From positions 1-61,520 of the forward strand of contig CAYWTL010000003.1 in the NCBI GenBank assembly GCA_964460245.1: a stretch of 61,520 nt of DNA. Reading direction: 5' to 3'. A program made the translations under genes and the position numbers. Positions 1-11,429 of the stretch are shown here, in pieces. Position 1 is the stretch's first letter; the number at the start of each line of letters is the position of its first letter. Source of the stretch: an uncultured Syntrophaceae bacterium. GTDB taxonomy: Bacteria; Desulfobacterota; Syntrophia; Syntrophales; Fen-1087. A model generated the notes under the pieces. The model had not been told where the DNA came from and did no database searches. It was given only the letters and a program-made list of their open reading frames with translations.

Positions 1-55
<55 letters not shown>

Positions 56-171
56 CCGAGGAAAACCTGAAAATGAAAGCAGCTTGAAAAGCAGCCGGAA
101 CGCTGGCCGGCCCGGCCTGCCGCTGCAAAATCCGAAATCGCAGTGGCATCTTAAACGATGTCCGCCCTTTG

Positions 172-1488
172 TCAAGGCTTTTTTCGCTTGACAGGCTTTT
201 TTCGCGACAGGCGGATCAGGATGGAACGCTCATGGCCGTTCAGGCCTTCCATATCGGCAAAGTGCGCGGCCTGCTTGCCGTATTTCGCCAGCGCCACCCG
301 GGAAAAGGAGATGATACCCGTTCTCTTGACGAAGTCGTACACGCCGAGCGGCGAAGCGAACCTTGCCGTTCCGGCGGTGGGCAGGATATGGTTGGGGCCG
401 GCCATGTAGTCCCCGATGGCCTCCGGCGTGTAGCCGCCCAGGAACACCGATCCTGCATGCCGGATCCGTTCCAGAAGCTGCACCGGCCGGTCGACAATCA
501 GTTCAAGGTGCTCCGGGGCGAAACGGTCGGCAATAACCGCGGCTTCGTCGAGGTCCCGGGTGACGACAACGGTCCCGAACGCGTCCAGAGCCCGAAGAGC
601 AATGGATTGCTTCGGCAGCAGGGCGGCCTGTTCCTGGACCTCGGCGATCACCTGCCGGGCCAGTTTTTCGTCGGGGGTCAGGAGGATCGCACTGGCCGTC
701 TCATCGTGCTCCGCCTGGGCAAGCAGGTCGGCGCCCACGAAGGCGGCGTCCGCCGTCCCGTCGGCGATGATCAGCACTTCGCTGGGACCGGCAATCATGT
801 CGATGGCCACCTCGCCGTGGACGATTTTTTTAGCCGCCGTCACATAGGCGTTTCCGGGGCCGACGATCTTGTCGACCCGCGGAACGGTTTCGGTGCCGTA
901 GGCGAGGGCCGCGATCGCCTGCGCGCCGCCGATCTTGAAAAAACGGGTCACCCCGCCCAGTTTCGCTGCGGCGGCAACCAGGGGGTTCAGGCGCCCCCTC
1001 TTTGCGGGGGACACGAGAATGATTTCCGCAACGCCGGCGATTTTCGCCGGGATGGCGGCCATCAGAACGGTCGACGGATACGCGGCGAGGCCGCCGGGGG
1101 CGTAAATGCCGACCCTGTCTAGCGGCAGCACACGCTGACCGAGCGTAATCCCTTCCTCGTCGCTGGAGATCCAGCCCTTCAGCTCCTGTTTCCGGTGGAA
1201 GGCCTCGATGCGGCCCGCCGCCAGCGAGAGGATTTTCACGTCCTTTCGAGGCGCCTCCGCAGCGGCCCGGCTCCACTCCTCGCCGGACACTTCGATGCCG
1301 CCGGCCGTCAACCCGGACTGGTCGAACTTTTCCGTGTAATCCAACAGGGCAGAATCTCCCCTGGCGGCCACATCGTTCACGATGGCCTTGACCGCGACCC
1401 CAATCGATTCCTCAGAATCCGCGCCACGCCGGGTGATCCGCCGGAACGTCTCCTCGAATGTCCATTCGCCGGTGAAAATGATGTTCAT
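172..1488 (-). CDS. hisD: histidinol dehydrogenase
   Basis: 438-aa ORF with full-length HisD-like sequence (..ALLDYTEKFD.., ..GPGNAYVTAAK.., ..AEHD..). ATG at 1488. Confidence 0.93.
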   Translation of the reverse strand: MNIIFTGEWTFEETFRRITRRGADSEESIGVAVKAIVNDVAARGDSALLDYTEKFDQSGLTAGGIEVSGEEWSRAAAEAPRKDVKILSLAAGRIEAFHRKQELKGWISSDEEGITLGQRVLPLDRVGIYAPGGLAAYPSTVLMAAIPAKIAGVAEIILVSPAKRGRLNPLVAAAAKLGGVTRFFKIGGAQAIAALAYGTETVPRVDKIVGPGNAYVTAAKKIVHGEVAIDMIAGPSEVLIIADGTADAAFVGADLLAQAEHDETASAILLTPDEKLARQVIAEVQEQAALLPKQSIALRALDAFGTVVVTRDLDEAAVIADRFAPEHLELIVDRPVQLLERIRHAGSVFLGGYTPEAIGDYMAGPNHILPTAGTARFASPLGVYDFVKRTGIISFSRVALAKYGKQAAHFADMEGLNGHERSILIRLSRKKPVKRKKP

Positions 1489-1491
1489 CGC

Positions 1492-2742
1492 TTATGCGCG
1501 GACCCTTTCGATATGCGCCCCAAGGGCGGACAGTTTCTTTTCGATGGCCTGATAGCCCCGGTCGATATGATACACCCGCGACAGTTCCGTCCGTCCTTTC
1601 GCCGCCAGCCCCGCCAGGATAAGAGATGCCGATGCACGCAGGTCCGTCGCCATGACCGGTGCACCCCGAAGTTCGGGAACCCCTTTCACGATGGCGCTTC
1701 GGCCCTGGATGACGATATCGGCCCCCATCCGCATCAGCTCGCTGACATGCATGAAGCGATTTTCAAAAACCGTTTCCGTGATCACGCTAAGTCCGTTGCC
1801 CAGGACCATGAGCGCCATCATCTGGGCCTGCAGGTCCGTGGCAAAGCCCGGATAAGGCTGTGTCTTGACGTCGGCGCTTCGAATGGTTTCACCGCCGGCG
1901 GCGCGAAGTCCTCCATCGATGGGCGTAATCTCCATGCCTGAATCCCTGAGCTTGTGGATGAGGGCTTCCATGTGCTGGGGGTTGCATCCCAGCAGCCGCA
2001 CGTCCCCGCCCGTCATGCCCGCGGCGATCATGAATGTTCCCGCCTCGATCCGATCCGGAATGATCGCGGCTTCGACCGGGTGGAGCCGTTCGACGCCGTC
2101 GATGGTGATCACGTCCGTTCCCGCCCCGGCGATCTTGGCCCCCATGCCGTTGAGCACATCGGCAAGGTTCGAGACTTCCGGCTCCTGAGCCGCGTTTCTC
2201 AGGACCGTCGTCCCTTTGGCCAAACAGGCCGCCATCATGATATTTTCCGTTCCGGTGACTGTGGAAATGTCAAAGTAGATGTTCGCGCCTCTCAATTGCC
2301 TGGCGCGGGCTTCGATGTAGCCATCCCTCAGCTCCACCTCCGCCCCCATGTCCTGAAGAGATTTGATGTGAAGGTTCACCGGCCGGGCGCCGATCGCACA
2401 GCCTCCGGGAAGCGAGACGCGGGCGACGCCCATCCTGGCGACGAGCGGTCCGAGCACCAGGATGGAGGCCCGCATGGTTTTCACGAGTTCGTAGGATGCC
2501 TCGGTGTGGGTGACGCGGGAGGCATTCACCCGTAGGGTCTCCTCGCCGGAAATGTCCACACCGAAACTGTCGAGAAGTTTTTTTACCGTCCGGATGTCCA
2601 TGAGGTCCGGAATGTTGTGATAGGTGCACCAGCCGTCCGTCAACAGGGAAGAGCACAGGATCGGAAGGGCGGCATTTTTCGCGCCGCTGATCCGGACTTC
2701 TCCGCATAGCCTTCGACCGCCCCAAATGATGATCTTATCCAT
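1492..2742 (-). CDS. murA: UDP-N-acetylglucosamine 1-carboxyvinyltransferase
   Basis: MurA-like throughout (MDKIIIWGG.. start, [16 protein letters not shown] active-site Cys loop). Start trimmed to ATG 2742, which overlaps the prmC stop by 8 nt. Confidence 0.93.
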   Translation of the reverse strand: MDKIIIWGGRRLCGEVRISGAKNAALPILCSSLLTDGWCTYHNIPDLMDIRTVKKLLDSFGVDISGEETLRVNASRVTHTEASYELVKTMRASILVLGPLVARMGVARVSLPGGCAIGARPVNLHIKSLQDMGAEVELRDGYIEARARQLRGANIYFDISTVTGTENIMMAACLAKGTTVLRNAAQEPEVSNLADVLNGMGAKIAGAGTDVITIDGVERLHPVEAAIIPDRIEAGTFMIAAGMTGGDVRLLGCNPQHMEALIHKLRDSGMEITPIDGGLRAAGGETIRSADVKTQPYPGFATDLQAQMMALMVLGNGLSVITETVFENRFMHVSELMRMGADIVIQGRSAIVKGVPELRGAPVMATDLRASASLILAGLAAKGRTELSRVYHIDRGYQAIEKKLSALGAHIERVRA

Positions 2743-3601
2743 GGGATCGTTGCTTCTTTCTGGCAGCAGCCACGCGGTTCCGGCCGGCATAGTCTCGGCG
2801 GAAGCGGATCGCTTCAAAACCGCCGGCTTGACGGAAAAGCGTTTCGGTTGCTTCTTTCTGTCCGGACCCGATCTCCAGCATGAGCCACCCCCCGCTCTTC
2901 AGGTAGCCGTCGCTTTTAAAAATAATTTCCCGGTGAAAGTCCATGCCGTCCGGACCGGCCCTGAGGGCGCACGAAGGTTCGTACCACTTTACGTCCGCCG
3001 GCAGGTCCTCGTACTCCGCTTCGGAAATATAGGGCGGATTGGAAACGATCATATCAAATTTTCCGGACAGAGGCGCAAATAAATTTCCCGCCAGAAATGC
3101 CATACGATTTTCAACGCCGGCGCGCCGGGCGTTGCGAACGGCGACAGCGACGGCTTCCGCGGAGATGTCCGTGGCGAAGACCCGGGCATTTTTCAATTCC
3201 GCCGCCAGCGTCACGCCGATCGCGCCGCTGCCCGTTCCCAGATCGAGAATTCGTGTATGGCCGGAATCGACTGTGTCCAGGACCTTCAGGCACTCCTCGA
3301 CCAGTATTTCCGTTTCGGGCCTCGGGATCAGGACCCGGCGATTCACCTCGAAGACGGCCGACCAGAATTCTTTCCGGCCGATGATGTAGGCGATCGGCTC
3401 GCCCTGACGTCGCCGTGAAACAACCTGAAGGAAGCGCTGAACTTCCGTTTCCGGAAGGCACGTGTCCGCGTTCGTGTACAGGTGCAGGCGGTCTCTCCCC
3501 AGGCAATGGGCCAGCAGGACTTCCGCATCCAGCCGGGGCGTCCGGCAACCCGCCGTTTCGAGATCCCGAACGGCCCGTTTGATCAATTCCCGGATTTTCA
3601 T
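2735..3601 (-). CDS. prmC: peptide chain release factor N5-glutamine methyltransferase
   Basis: 288 aa with the SAM motif LDLGTGSG and the NPPY catalytic motif. Lies directly downstream of prfA. Confidence 0.9.
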   Translation of the reverse strand: MKIRELIKRAVRDLETAGCRTPRLDAEVLLAHCLGRDRLHLYTNADTCLPETEVQRFLQVVSRRRQGEPIAYIIGRKEFWSAVFEVNRRVLIPRPETEILVEECLKVLDTVDSGHTRILDLGTGSGAIGVTLAAELKNARVFATDISAEAVAVAVRNARRAGVENRMAFLAGNLFAPLSGKFDMIVSNPPYISEAEYEDLPADVKWYEPSCALRAGPDGMDFHREIIFKSDGYLKSGGWLMLEIGSGQKEATETLFRQAGGFEAIRFRRDYAGRNRVAAARKKQRSHG

Positions 3602-3613
3602 GCCGGTGTTCCT

Positions 3614-4681
<1,068 letters not shown>

Positions 4682-4920
4682 GGCGGCTCACGGAATCCAT
4701 CGGATGGACCAAATATCCGGCTGTGCTGTGAATGAAACGATCGGGGTGCATCGAATGGCGCAGTCGCCCTCCCCACCCGCAACCGGGAATGGGCGCCACG
4801 GAACATGCCTAAAGATGGGGGTTCGGTAGGGAAAGGGGCATGGAACAGGGAAAGAGCAACTTGGTTTTCTCCATAGCGGTATTTGCGGCCGGTCCGGAGT
4901 CTGAAAGCCGTGCGTCGCGT

Positions 4921-5139
4921 TCAGGCTCCGGTCTTCTTGTCCTTGCCGGCGTATTTTTTCTTGAAACGTTCCACGCGGCCGGCGGTGTCGATGATCTTCT
5001 GCTTCCCCGTCATGAAGGGATGGCACTGGGAGCAGATCTCCACTTTGATGTCCTTCTTCGTGGAGCGGGTTTCAATCACATTTCCGCATACGCAGGTGAT
5101 GGTGGTTGCCTCATATTCGGGATGAATGCCTTTTTTCAC
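4921..5139 (-). CDS. rpmE: 50S ribosomal protein L31 (Zn-ribbon type)
   Basis: 72 aa, MKKGIHPEY.. with CxC...CxxC. GTG start at 5139 with GGAGGG upstream. Confidence 0.92.
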   Translation of the reverse strand: MKKGIHPEYEATTITCVCGNVIETRSTKKDIKVEICSQCHPFMTGKQKIIDTAGRVERFKKKYAGKDKKTGA

Positions 5140-5210
5140 GGTCTGTCTGCCCTCCTGAAATCCTTGAATCTTGCGATCGCGATGATCTGTATCATCGGAA
5201 TTAACTTCAT

Positions 5211-5240
5211 ATTATATCGTCATTTGAATAGAATATTCAA
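5211..5240 (-). promoter_or_regulatory. candidate sigma70 promoter for rpmE
   Basis: Minus strand reads TTGAAT (5240-5235), an 18-nt spacer, then TATAAT (5216-5211), about 70 nt upstream of rpmE. The -35 lies inside a TTGAATA-N3-TATTCAA palindrome just after the rho stop. Confidence 0.4.
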
Positions 5241-5250
5241 GAAAAATTAT

Positions 5251-6498
5251 TTACTGGTTCATGGAGTCCAGAAATATCTGGTTTGTTTCCGTTTTTCTGA
5301 TTTTGTCGATGATGAACTCCATGGCGTCCACCGGGTTCATTTCCTGGAGAAGCCTGCGCAGGATCCAGATCCGGTTCAGATTGTTCTTGGGGATCAGCAG
5401 TTCCTCCTTTCTGGTTCCGGACCGGGTCAGGTCGAAAGCGGGGAATACACGGCGGTCGGCAATGCGGCGGTCCAGATGCAGCTCCATATTGCCGGTTCCC
5501 TTGAATTCCTCGAAAATGACTTCATCCATTCGGCTTCCGGTGTCGATCAGCGCCGTGGAAATGATCGTCAGACTGCCGCCGTTTTCGATGTTCCGGGCGG
5601 CGCCGAAAAATCGCTTCGGCTTGTGCAGGGCATTGGAATCCACGCCACCGGACAGGACCTTGCCGCTGGGGGGGACGACGGTATTGTATGCCCGGGCCAG
5701 CCGGGTGATGCTGTCCAGGAGGATAACCACGTCCTTCCGGTGCTCCACCAGGCGTTTCGCCTTTTCAATGACCATCTCGGCGACCTGGACGTGGCGCGTT
5801 GCCGGTTCGTCGAAGGTGGAGGACACGACTTCCCCCTTTACGCTCCGTTGCATGTCCGTCACTTCCTCGGGGCGTTCGTCGATCAGAAGCACCATGAGCG
5901 TGACTTCCGGGTGATTGCGCGTGATGCTGTGGGCGATGTCCTGGAGCAGAACCGTTTTACCGGCCCGGGGCGGCGACACGATCAATCCACGCTGCCCTTT
6001 TCCGATCGGGGTGAAGAGGTCCATCACCCGGGTCGACAGGTTTTCCGGATCGCTTTCGAGGTTCAGCTTCCGGTCGGGGTAGAGGGGGGTGAGGTTGTCA
6101 AAGAGAATCTTGTCCCGGGATACGTCCGGAGGCTCAAAGTTGACTGAGTCGACTTTCAGGAGGGCGAAGTACTTCTCGCCCTCCTTTGGGGGCCTGACTT
6201 CACCGGAGACCGTGTCGCCTGTTCTGAGGCTGAACCGCCGGATCTGCGAGGGTGAAATATAGATGTCATCAGGGCTGGGCAGATAGTTGTAATCCACGGC
6301 GCGAAGGAAGCCGAAACCGTCAGGCAGAATTTCCAGGACGCCGGATCCCGATATCACCCCGTTTTTTTCCGCCTGGGCCTGCAGGATGGCAAAAATCAGT
6401 TCCTGTCTTCTCATGCCGCCTGCGCCCGGAACGTTCAGGTCTTTTGTCAGGTTGGCCAGTTCGCTGATGGGCAGTCTCTTGATGTCTTCAATGTTCAT
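5251..6498 (-). CDS. rho: transcription termination factor Rho
   Basis: 415 aa with N-terminal RNA-binding domain, Walker A (PPRAGKT) and the Rho ATPase core. Confidence 0.96.
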   Translation of the reverse strand: MNIEDIKRLPISELANLTKDLNVPGAGGMRRQELIFAILQAQAEKNGVISGSGVLEILPDGFGFLRAVDYNYLPSPDDIYISPSQIRRFSLRTGDTVSGEVRPPKEGEKYFALLKVDSVNFEPPDVSRDKILFDNLTPLYPDRKLNLESDPENLSTRVMDLFTPIGKGQRGLIVSPPRAGKTVLLQDIAHSITRNHPEVTLMVLLIDERPEEVTDMQRSVKGEVVSSTFDEPATRHVQVAEMVIEKAKRLVEHRKDVVILLDSITRLARAYNTVVPPSGKVLSGGVDSNALHKPKRFFGAARNIENGGSLTIISTALIDTGSRMDEVIFEEFKGTGNMELHLDRRIADRRVFPAFDLTRSGTRKEELLIPKNNLNRIWILRRLLQEMNPVDAMEFIIDKIRKTETNQIFLDSMNQ

Positions 6499-6755
6499 GG
6501 AATGAGTCCTTGTGGGATAATCGTGATCTCGCGGCCGGTTGTGATGAAATCGCCGGATCCGCGTGCAAATCTGATTTGACTTTAGTCTGGATTTCTCATT
6601 GGAGAGAATGGCGATTTTCTATCGCTATGACCGATATGGAAAATAGCGGATTTATCGGGTTGCTCGTTCGGGTTTTTGAAGCATTCCAAATCAGGAAGGA
6701 CTTGAATGACGCCTTTCAAACACGGCTGTCCTTTTATTATAGACCATTCCGTCTG

Positions 6756-7592
6756 TCAAGCACTTTTTACAGTGCACGTGGCCGGCTGATTGCCGCGCAG
6801 CATGATGAAGCTGAGGTGCCGGCCGGTTTGGCCCCTGTCCCGTCGATGTGAAAAGAAGAGGTCCTGTCGGCAGGATGTGCAAAGATCGGAGGAAAGGATG
6901 TTTTCCGCCCGGATGCCCCGGTCCAGGAGCTGGATTTTGTTCGCCAGCGGCAGATCCAGCATCCAGCGCTTCCGGTCCGGCATCCGGTCCAAGAAAGAGG
7001 CGCTTTGCGGGTGGCCGGCCAGTGCTTCGAAAACAGGTGAATCGACCTCATAGCAGCAGGGATTAATCGCCGGTCCGATCAGGGCAAGGATGTCTCGAGG
7101 GCTGGATGCGAACCGGTGGACGAATACATCAACGGTCTGTTCGGCTATCCTCAAGGCGGTGCCTTTCCAGCCGGCATGAACGGCTCCGATGACTTGCCGG
7201 ATCGGATCCGCCAGAAGGATCGGAACGCAGTCCGCCGTCTTGATGCACAGGGCGATGGCCGGACGATCGGTCACCACCGCGTCGATCTGCGGCGGCTCTT
7301 TGTCTCCTGAGGGAACCGGTTCCCGGTCGAGGATCCAGATGCCGTCCCCGTGAACCTGACGAATCGGCAGAAAAGTGCAGGGCGGAAAACCGAACGCGGA
7401 GGCGATCCGTTCGAAATTCTGTCGCACGCTGTCCGCATCGTCCCCTTCCCGGTCGCTGACGTTCAGGCTTGAAAACAACCCCTCGCTGACGCCGCCCCGC
7501 CGGGTGCAGAAAGCATGAATGAGAAAGTCGAAAGGTTCCAGAGAAGGGGCCTTCAGGTATTTCAGGGGACCTTTCCTGGTCATCCGGAGCAT
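6756..7592 (-). CDS. pgeF: YfiH/PgeF family (DUF152) peptidoglycan editing factor / purine nucleoside phosphorylase-like
   Basis: FCTRRGGVS, TADCVPI, HAGWKG and C..C....FFSHRRD motifs. The alternative ATG at 7583 forms an ATGA overlap with the rluD stop. Confidence 0.85.
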   Translation of the reverse strand: MLRMTRKGPLKYLKAPSLEPFDFLIHAFCTRRGGVSEGLFSSLNVSDREGDDADSVRQNFERIASAFGFPPCTFLPIRQVHGDGIWILDREPVPSGDKEPPQIDAVVTDRPAIALCIKTADCVPILLADPIRQVIGAVHAGWKGTALRIAEQTVDVFVHRFASSPRDILALIGPAINPCCYEVDSPVFEALAGHPQSASFLDRMPDRKRWMLDLPLANKIQLLDRGIRAENILSSDLCTSCRQDLFFSHRRDRGQTGRHLSFIMLRGNQPATCTVKSA

Positions 7593-8542
7593 CGCAGTGC
7601 CTCACAAAGACCGGCCATGTCCGCCGGCAGGGGAGATGTGAACGTCAGGGCATCTCCCCGAATGGGATGCGTGAAGCAAAGACGGATCGCGTGAAGCGCC
7701 TGCCGCTTCATGCCCTGCAAGGCCGCCCGCACGATCGGGTTTTCGACGGAGCGGGTTTTTTTTGCCCCGCCGTAAACGATGTCTCCCACGACCGGATGGC
7801 CCAGGGCATTCATGTGAACCCGGATCTGGTGTGTGCGTCCCGTCTCGATGTCCAGTTCGAGAAGCGTGGCCGCCTCGTATCGTTCGCAAACCCGCCAGTG
7901 CGTGACGGCCTCCTTGCCGCGCCGGCTTCGCGTGGACATCTTCTTCCGGTCCACCGGGTGCCTCCCCACGGGCAATTCGACGCTACCCCCGTCCTCCGTC
8001 GGATTTCCGTGCACCAGGGCCTGATAGGTTTTTCGGACCCCGCGGCTTTTGAATTGGTCCGTCAAGTTCTGGTGGGCTCTGTCCGATTTGGCGACGACCA
8101 GCAGGCCGGACGTGTCCTTGTCGAGGCGATGGACAATCCCGGGCCGCAGAACGCCCCCGATGCCGGAAAGATCGCGACAGTGAAAAAGGACCGCATTGAC
8201 AAGCGTGTCCCGGGGATGACCTGCCGCCGGGTGGACAACCATTCCCGCCGGCTTGTCGATCACCAGGATGGATTCATCTTCGTAAACGACGTTCAGGGGG
8301 ATTTCCTGCGGCTGCACGTCATGTACCGTCGCCTCCGGCGTTTCGATGCAAATGGTCTCGCCGGCTTTCAGCCGGCGGCTTGCCCTGGCCGGATGCATGC
8401 CGACACGGACGTGGCCGCCGTCGATGAGCCTGCGGATCTGCGCCCGGGAAAATGCGGTGCCGCGCCGCGTCAGGAAAAGATCCAGCCGCAGACCGCTTTC
8501 ATCCTCGCCGGCGACATATTTGCGTTGTTGCGGCACGTTCAT
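7580..8542 (-). CDS. rluD: RluA-family 23S rRNA pseudouridine synthase (RluD-like)
   Basis: S4-like N-terminus and catalytic HRLDKDTSGLL motif. Start placed at ATG 8542 (ATGA overlap with the selA stop); the ORF track starts it at 8560. Confidence 0.88.
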   Translation of the reverse strand: MNVPQQRKYVAGEDESGLRLDLFLTRRGTAFSRAQIRRLIDGGHVRVGMHPARASRRLKAGETICIETPEATVHDVQPQEIPLNVVYEDESILVIDKPAGMVVHPAAGHPRDTLVNAVLFHCRDLSGIGGVLRPGIVHRLDKDTSGLLVVAKSDRAHQNLTDQFKSRGVRKTYQALVHGNPTEDGGSVELPVGRHPVDRKKMSTRSRRGKEAVTHWRVCERYEAATLLELDIETGRTHQIRVHMNALGHPVVGDIVYGGAKKTRSVENPIVRAALQGMKRQALHAIRLCFTHPIRGDALTFTSPLPADMAGLCEALRCSG

Positions 8543-9954
8543 GACGACCGGAGTGTGCAAAAGCCCTGCTGGATCAATCCGAACTCCTCCCGCGTGATGG
8601 TCCTCAGGTCGAGAATCAGCTCGTCATCGGCGATCCTGGCGACAATCGGAACCGCCAGGCGCCGAAGGCGTGATTCGAGCCTGCTGGCCGTCATGGCATC
8701 GGAACGGACACTGATCAGGACCGTCGGAATTTCCTGGGTCGGCAGCGATCCGCCACCCGCCAGTGAAACTCCCTGCCGCAGGCGGAACGTAAATCCCTTC
8801 AGGTCCAACCGCCGCAGGCGGGCCTGCAGGGTCTTGGCCCTTATGGAAATGTCCCGGAGCGGAGCCGTCAGGGATTTCAGGGTCCGGATATCGGAAAACG
8901 CCTGCTCCGGGTTCAGATAGCGGATCAGGGTGGCTTCGAGGGCCGCAAGCGTCAGTTTGTCGATCCGAAGGGCGCGGTTCAGGGGATTTTTCTTGATTCG
9001 CTCCAGGATGTCCCGTTTCCCGAGGATGAGTCCCGCCTGTGGACCGCCCAGAAGCTTGTCTCCGCTGAAGGTGACGACATCGACGCCGGTCCGCAGCGCG
9101 TCGCCGACCGTCGGTTCACGGTCCAGGCCGTGCCGGTCGAGTCCTAACAGACAGCCGCTGCCCAGATCGTCCATGACCGGCACACGATATTTCTTTCCCA
9201 GCGCAACCAGTGCCGGCAAAGCGATGTCTTCTGTGAAGCCGATGATCCGGTAGTTGCTGGTGTGAACCTTGAGGATCAGGCCCGTCTTGTCCGAAAGGGC
9301 CTGCTCGTAATCTTTCAGATGCGTCCGGTTGGTTGTTCCCACTTCCCGCAGAAAGGCGCCGCTTTTCTCCATAACCTCCGGAATGCGGAACTCGCCGCCG
9401 ATTTCAATGAGCTCCCCCCGGGAAACGACGGCCTCCCTTCCGTCCGCCAGGGTGTTGATGACCAGCAGGACGGCCGCCGCGTTGTTGTTTACGACCAGGG
9501 CGTCTTCCGCGCCGGTCAGGCTGCGGAGAAGGTCCTGCACGTGATCGTAGCGGAGTCCGCGCTGGCCCTTTTCGAGGTCGAACTCCAGGTTGGAGTAGCC
9601 TTTGCCGATCTCGACGATCCTTTCCAGCGCTTCCGGACACAGCGGCGCCCGTCCGAGATTGGTGTGCAGGATAATTCCCGTGGCATTGATCACCCGGACC
9701 AGCCGGTACCGGGTCAGCGACTCCACTCTGCGAAGAACTTCATCCGCAACCCCCTCTGGCGAAGGCAGGCTCTTTTCGTTCGGTTTGCCGCCCGACGTGA
9801 GCAGGCGGTTTCGATGATTGTCCACGACCGTCCGGCATTCCGATTTCAGAATGTCCTTTGGAATTCCGAACGGGACATCCCGCTTCTCCAGGATTGCCAG
9901 TACTTCATCGATCTTGGGGAGATGTTTCAGCAGGTTCTTTGTGTCGTCGTCCAT
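8539..9954 (-). CDS. selA: L-seryl-tRNA(Sec) selenium transferase
   Basis: 471 aa, SelA-like over its full length (N-terminal ..LP.IDEVL.., PLP-fold core with FSGDKLLGGPQAG containing the PLP lysine). Confidence 0.9.
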   Translation of the reverse strand: MDDDTKNLLKHLPKIDEVLAILEKRDVPFGIPKDILKSECRTVVDNHRNRLLTSGGKPNEKSLPSPEGVADEVLRRVESLTRYRLVRVINATGIILHTNLGRAPLCPEALERIVEIGKGYSNLEFDLEKGQRGLRYDHVQDLLRSLTGAEDALVVNNNAAAVLLVINTLADGREAVVSRGELIEIGGEFRIPEVMEKSGAFLREVGTTNRTHLKDYEQALSDKTGLILKVHTSNYRIIGFTEDIALPALVALGKKYRVPVMDDLGSGCLLGLDRHGLDREPTVGDALRTGVDVVTFSGDKLLGGPQAGLILGKRDILERIKKNPLNRALRIDKLTLAALEATLIRYLNPEQAFSDIRTLKSLTAPLRDISIRAKTLQARLRRLDLKGFTFRLRQGVSLAGGGSLPTQEIPTVLISVRSDAMTASRLESRLRRLAVPIVARIADDELILDLRTITREEFGLIQQGFCTLRSS

Positions 9955-10009
9955 GCGCCATGCCGGATTCGCCGTGAAAAGGCGATTTTTTCAATCGGAA
10001 ATCCCGATC

Positions 10010-10038
10010 TTAATGCCTCAGGGGATGACTTGTGTCAA
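10010..10038 (-). promoter_or_regulatory. candidate sigma70 promoter for the selA-rluD-pgeF operon
   Basis: Minus strand reads TTGACA (10038-10033), a 17-nt spacer, then CATTAA (10015-10010). Confidence 0.3.
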
Positions 10039-10131
10039 GCGGTTATTCCTGGAGGAGCGGTCGCTCCCTTTCGCCGGAAGTCTTGAAATAAAACCAAGCA
10101 TGAAGTAAACCGTCGTTGAGGCGGAATTTTC

Positions 10132-10872
10132 ATGATCGTGCAACCCAAAGATGCGGCAACGGTCGTTCTCCTGCGAAATCCCCGCGGGCAGGACGGGGAG
10201 GGCTTCGAAGTCCTCATGGTGTTGCGGAACAGAACCAGCAGGTTCGTTCCCGGCTTCTACGTGTTTCCCGGCGGGGCCCTGGATGAGGCGGATTGCGCGC
10301 CGCATATGGAAGGATTCTGCAGCGGCTTGCGGGGCGAGCGGGCGCAGCGCCTCCTGGATCGATCCGCATCGCCCGCAAGAGCCCTGGGAGCATGGGTGGC
10401 GGGCATACGGGAAACCTTCGAAGAGGCGGGTCTGTTTCTGGCGTATCGGCAGGACGGCAGTCTGCTGTCTTTTCATGCCAACCGGACGGATCCGTTTCAT
10501 CGCTACCGGGATTTGCTGCGCCGGGGTAAAATGAGTTTCGCCGATCTGCTGCAGAAGGAGGCCCTCAAACTGGCCGCGGACCGGCTGCATTATTTTTCCC
10601 ACTGGGTCACGCCCTCGTTTTACCCGATCCGATACGATGTCCGTTTCTTCGTCGCCGAAGCGCCGGCGGGCCAGGAGGCCGTCCACGATGGCGGGGAATT
10701 GACGGAACATGCCTGGATCACGCCGCGGGATGCCCTCCGTTCTCATGAGGCGGGACGTTTCGACATGGTCTTTCCCACGGTGATGACGATGAAGGCCCTG
10801 TCCCAGTTCGGGACAATCCGTAAGGTGATTCAATCCACCCGGGGCAAGCGGATCGTCCTGGAATCGGGATGA
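10132..10872 (+). CDS. NUDIX hydrolase family protein
   Basis: 246 aa with a Nudix-box-like GIRETFEEAGLFL segment after PGG. Confidence 0.75.
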   Translation: MIVQPKDAATVVLLRNPRGQDGEGFEVLMVLRNRTSRFVPGFYVFPGGALDEADCAPHMEGFCSGLRGERAQRLLDRSASPARALGAWVAGIRETFEEAGLFLAYRQDGSLLSFHANRTDPFHRYRDLLRRGKMSFADLLQKEALKLAADRLHYFSHWVTPSFYPIRYDVRFFVAEAPAGQEAVHDGGELTEHAWITPRDALRSHEAGRFDMVFPTVMTMKALSQFGTIRKVIQSTRGKRIVLESG

Positions 10873-10873
10873 C

Positions 10874-11341
10874 TCACGGTCCGTCGTCCCAGACGATCAC
10901 CGGCGGCGTCGAAATGGAAACCCGGTTCCCGTCGAGCATCTTCACGGACACCTGGATGCCCGGCAGGGAATACCACGCACCCAGGGGATCCCCCCGGGGA
11001 TCCAGGATCGCGAATCCATAGAGCGAACGGTTCAGTTCAAGGGCCTTGGATTGCATGCACCGAATGGTTTCCCGAAAGGGGTCCGGAGCGGGGTTCATTT
11101 TTTCCCACTGCGTCGAATCCAGAACAAAACGCCGGTCGATGCCGATCACGGCATTGGGGCGGACTTCCGGACCGCTGTAATAATAGACCAGATCGGGGTC
11201 GATCCGATAATGTTCAAAGGCTTCCGTGACGGCCGGATCCGGTTTGATCATTCCGTAGTTTTCGCTGAACCGGCCCGAGAAGAAAAGGAAGTAGCCTGCC
11301 AGGATGGCGACCGTGACGACCAGGATGAGTTTCAGATCCAT
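10874..11341 (-). CDS. hypothetical membrane-anchored protein
   Basis: 155 aa with one N-terminal TM helix (LILVVTVAILAGYFLFF). Coding-like composition, and it fits tightly between neighbouring genes. Confidence 0.55.
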   Translation of the reverse strand: MDLKLILVVTVAILAGYFLFFSGRFSENYGMIKPDPAVTEAFEHYRIDPDLVYYYSGPEVRPNAVIGIDRRFVLDSTQWEKMNPAPDPFRETIRCMQSKALELNRSLYGFAILDPRGDPLGAWYSLPGIQVSVKMLDGNRVSISTPPVIVWDDGP

Positions 11342-11429
11342 TTCATTGGCCCATTTTCGATGCGTGATGCGAAGCGATTCCGGCCCTGTGGGTCATCGTC
11401 CGGCGAACGGGGCGGACCGGCCGTGCCCG

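Noticed and set aside
169-1122. Long opposite-strand or off-frame ORFs listed by the track. Examples: 169-1122(+), 3482-4612(+), 4840-6147(+), 7667-8920(+), 14665-15891(+), 16814-17683(-), 18966-20114(-), 37483-38418(+), 40609-41622(+), 45397-46422(+), 55089-56237(-), 56920-58059(-), 59910-61046(-).
   Set aside because: Each lies antisense to, or out of frame with, a gene carrying unmistakable family motifs. Their translations are Arg/Gly/Pro/His-rich with no motifs. This is typical of shadow ORFs in GC-rich DNA.
6736-6759. TTGACA ... TATAAT pair on the minus strand upstream of rho.
   Set aside because: The hexamers are perfect, but the spacer is only 12 nt, incompatible with a standard sigma70 promoter. 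TTGACA also overlaps the pgeF stop codon.
9955-10131. tRNA-Sec (selC) next to selA.
   Set aside because: There is no GGTTCGA-type T-loop, no long acceptor stem and no UCA anticodon arm on either strand of the spacer.
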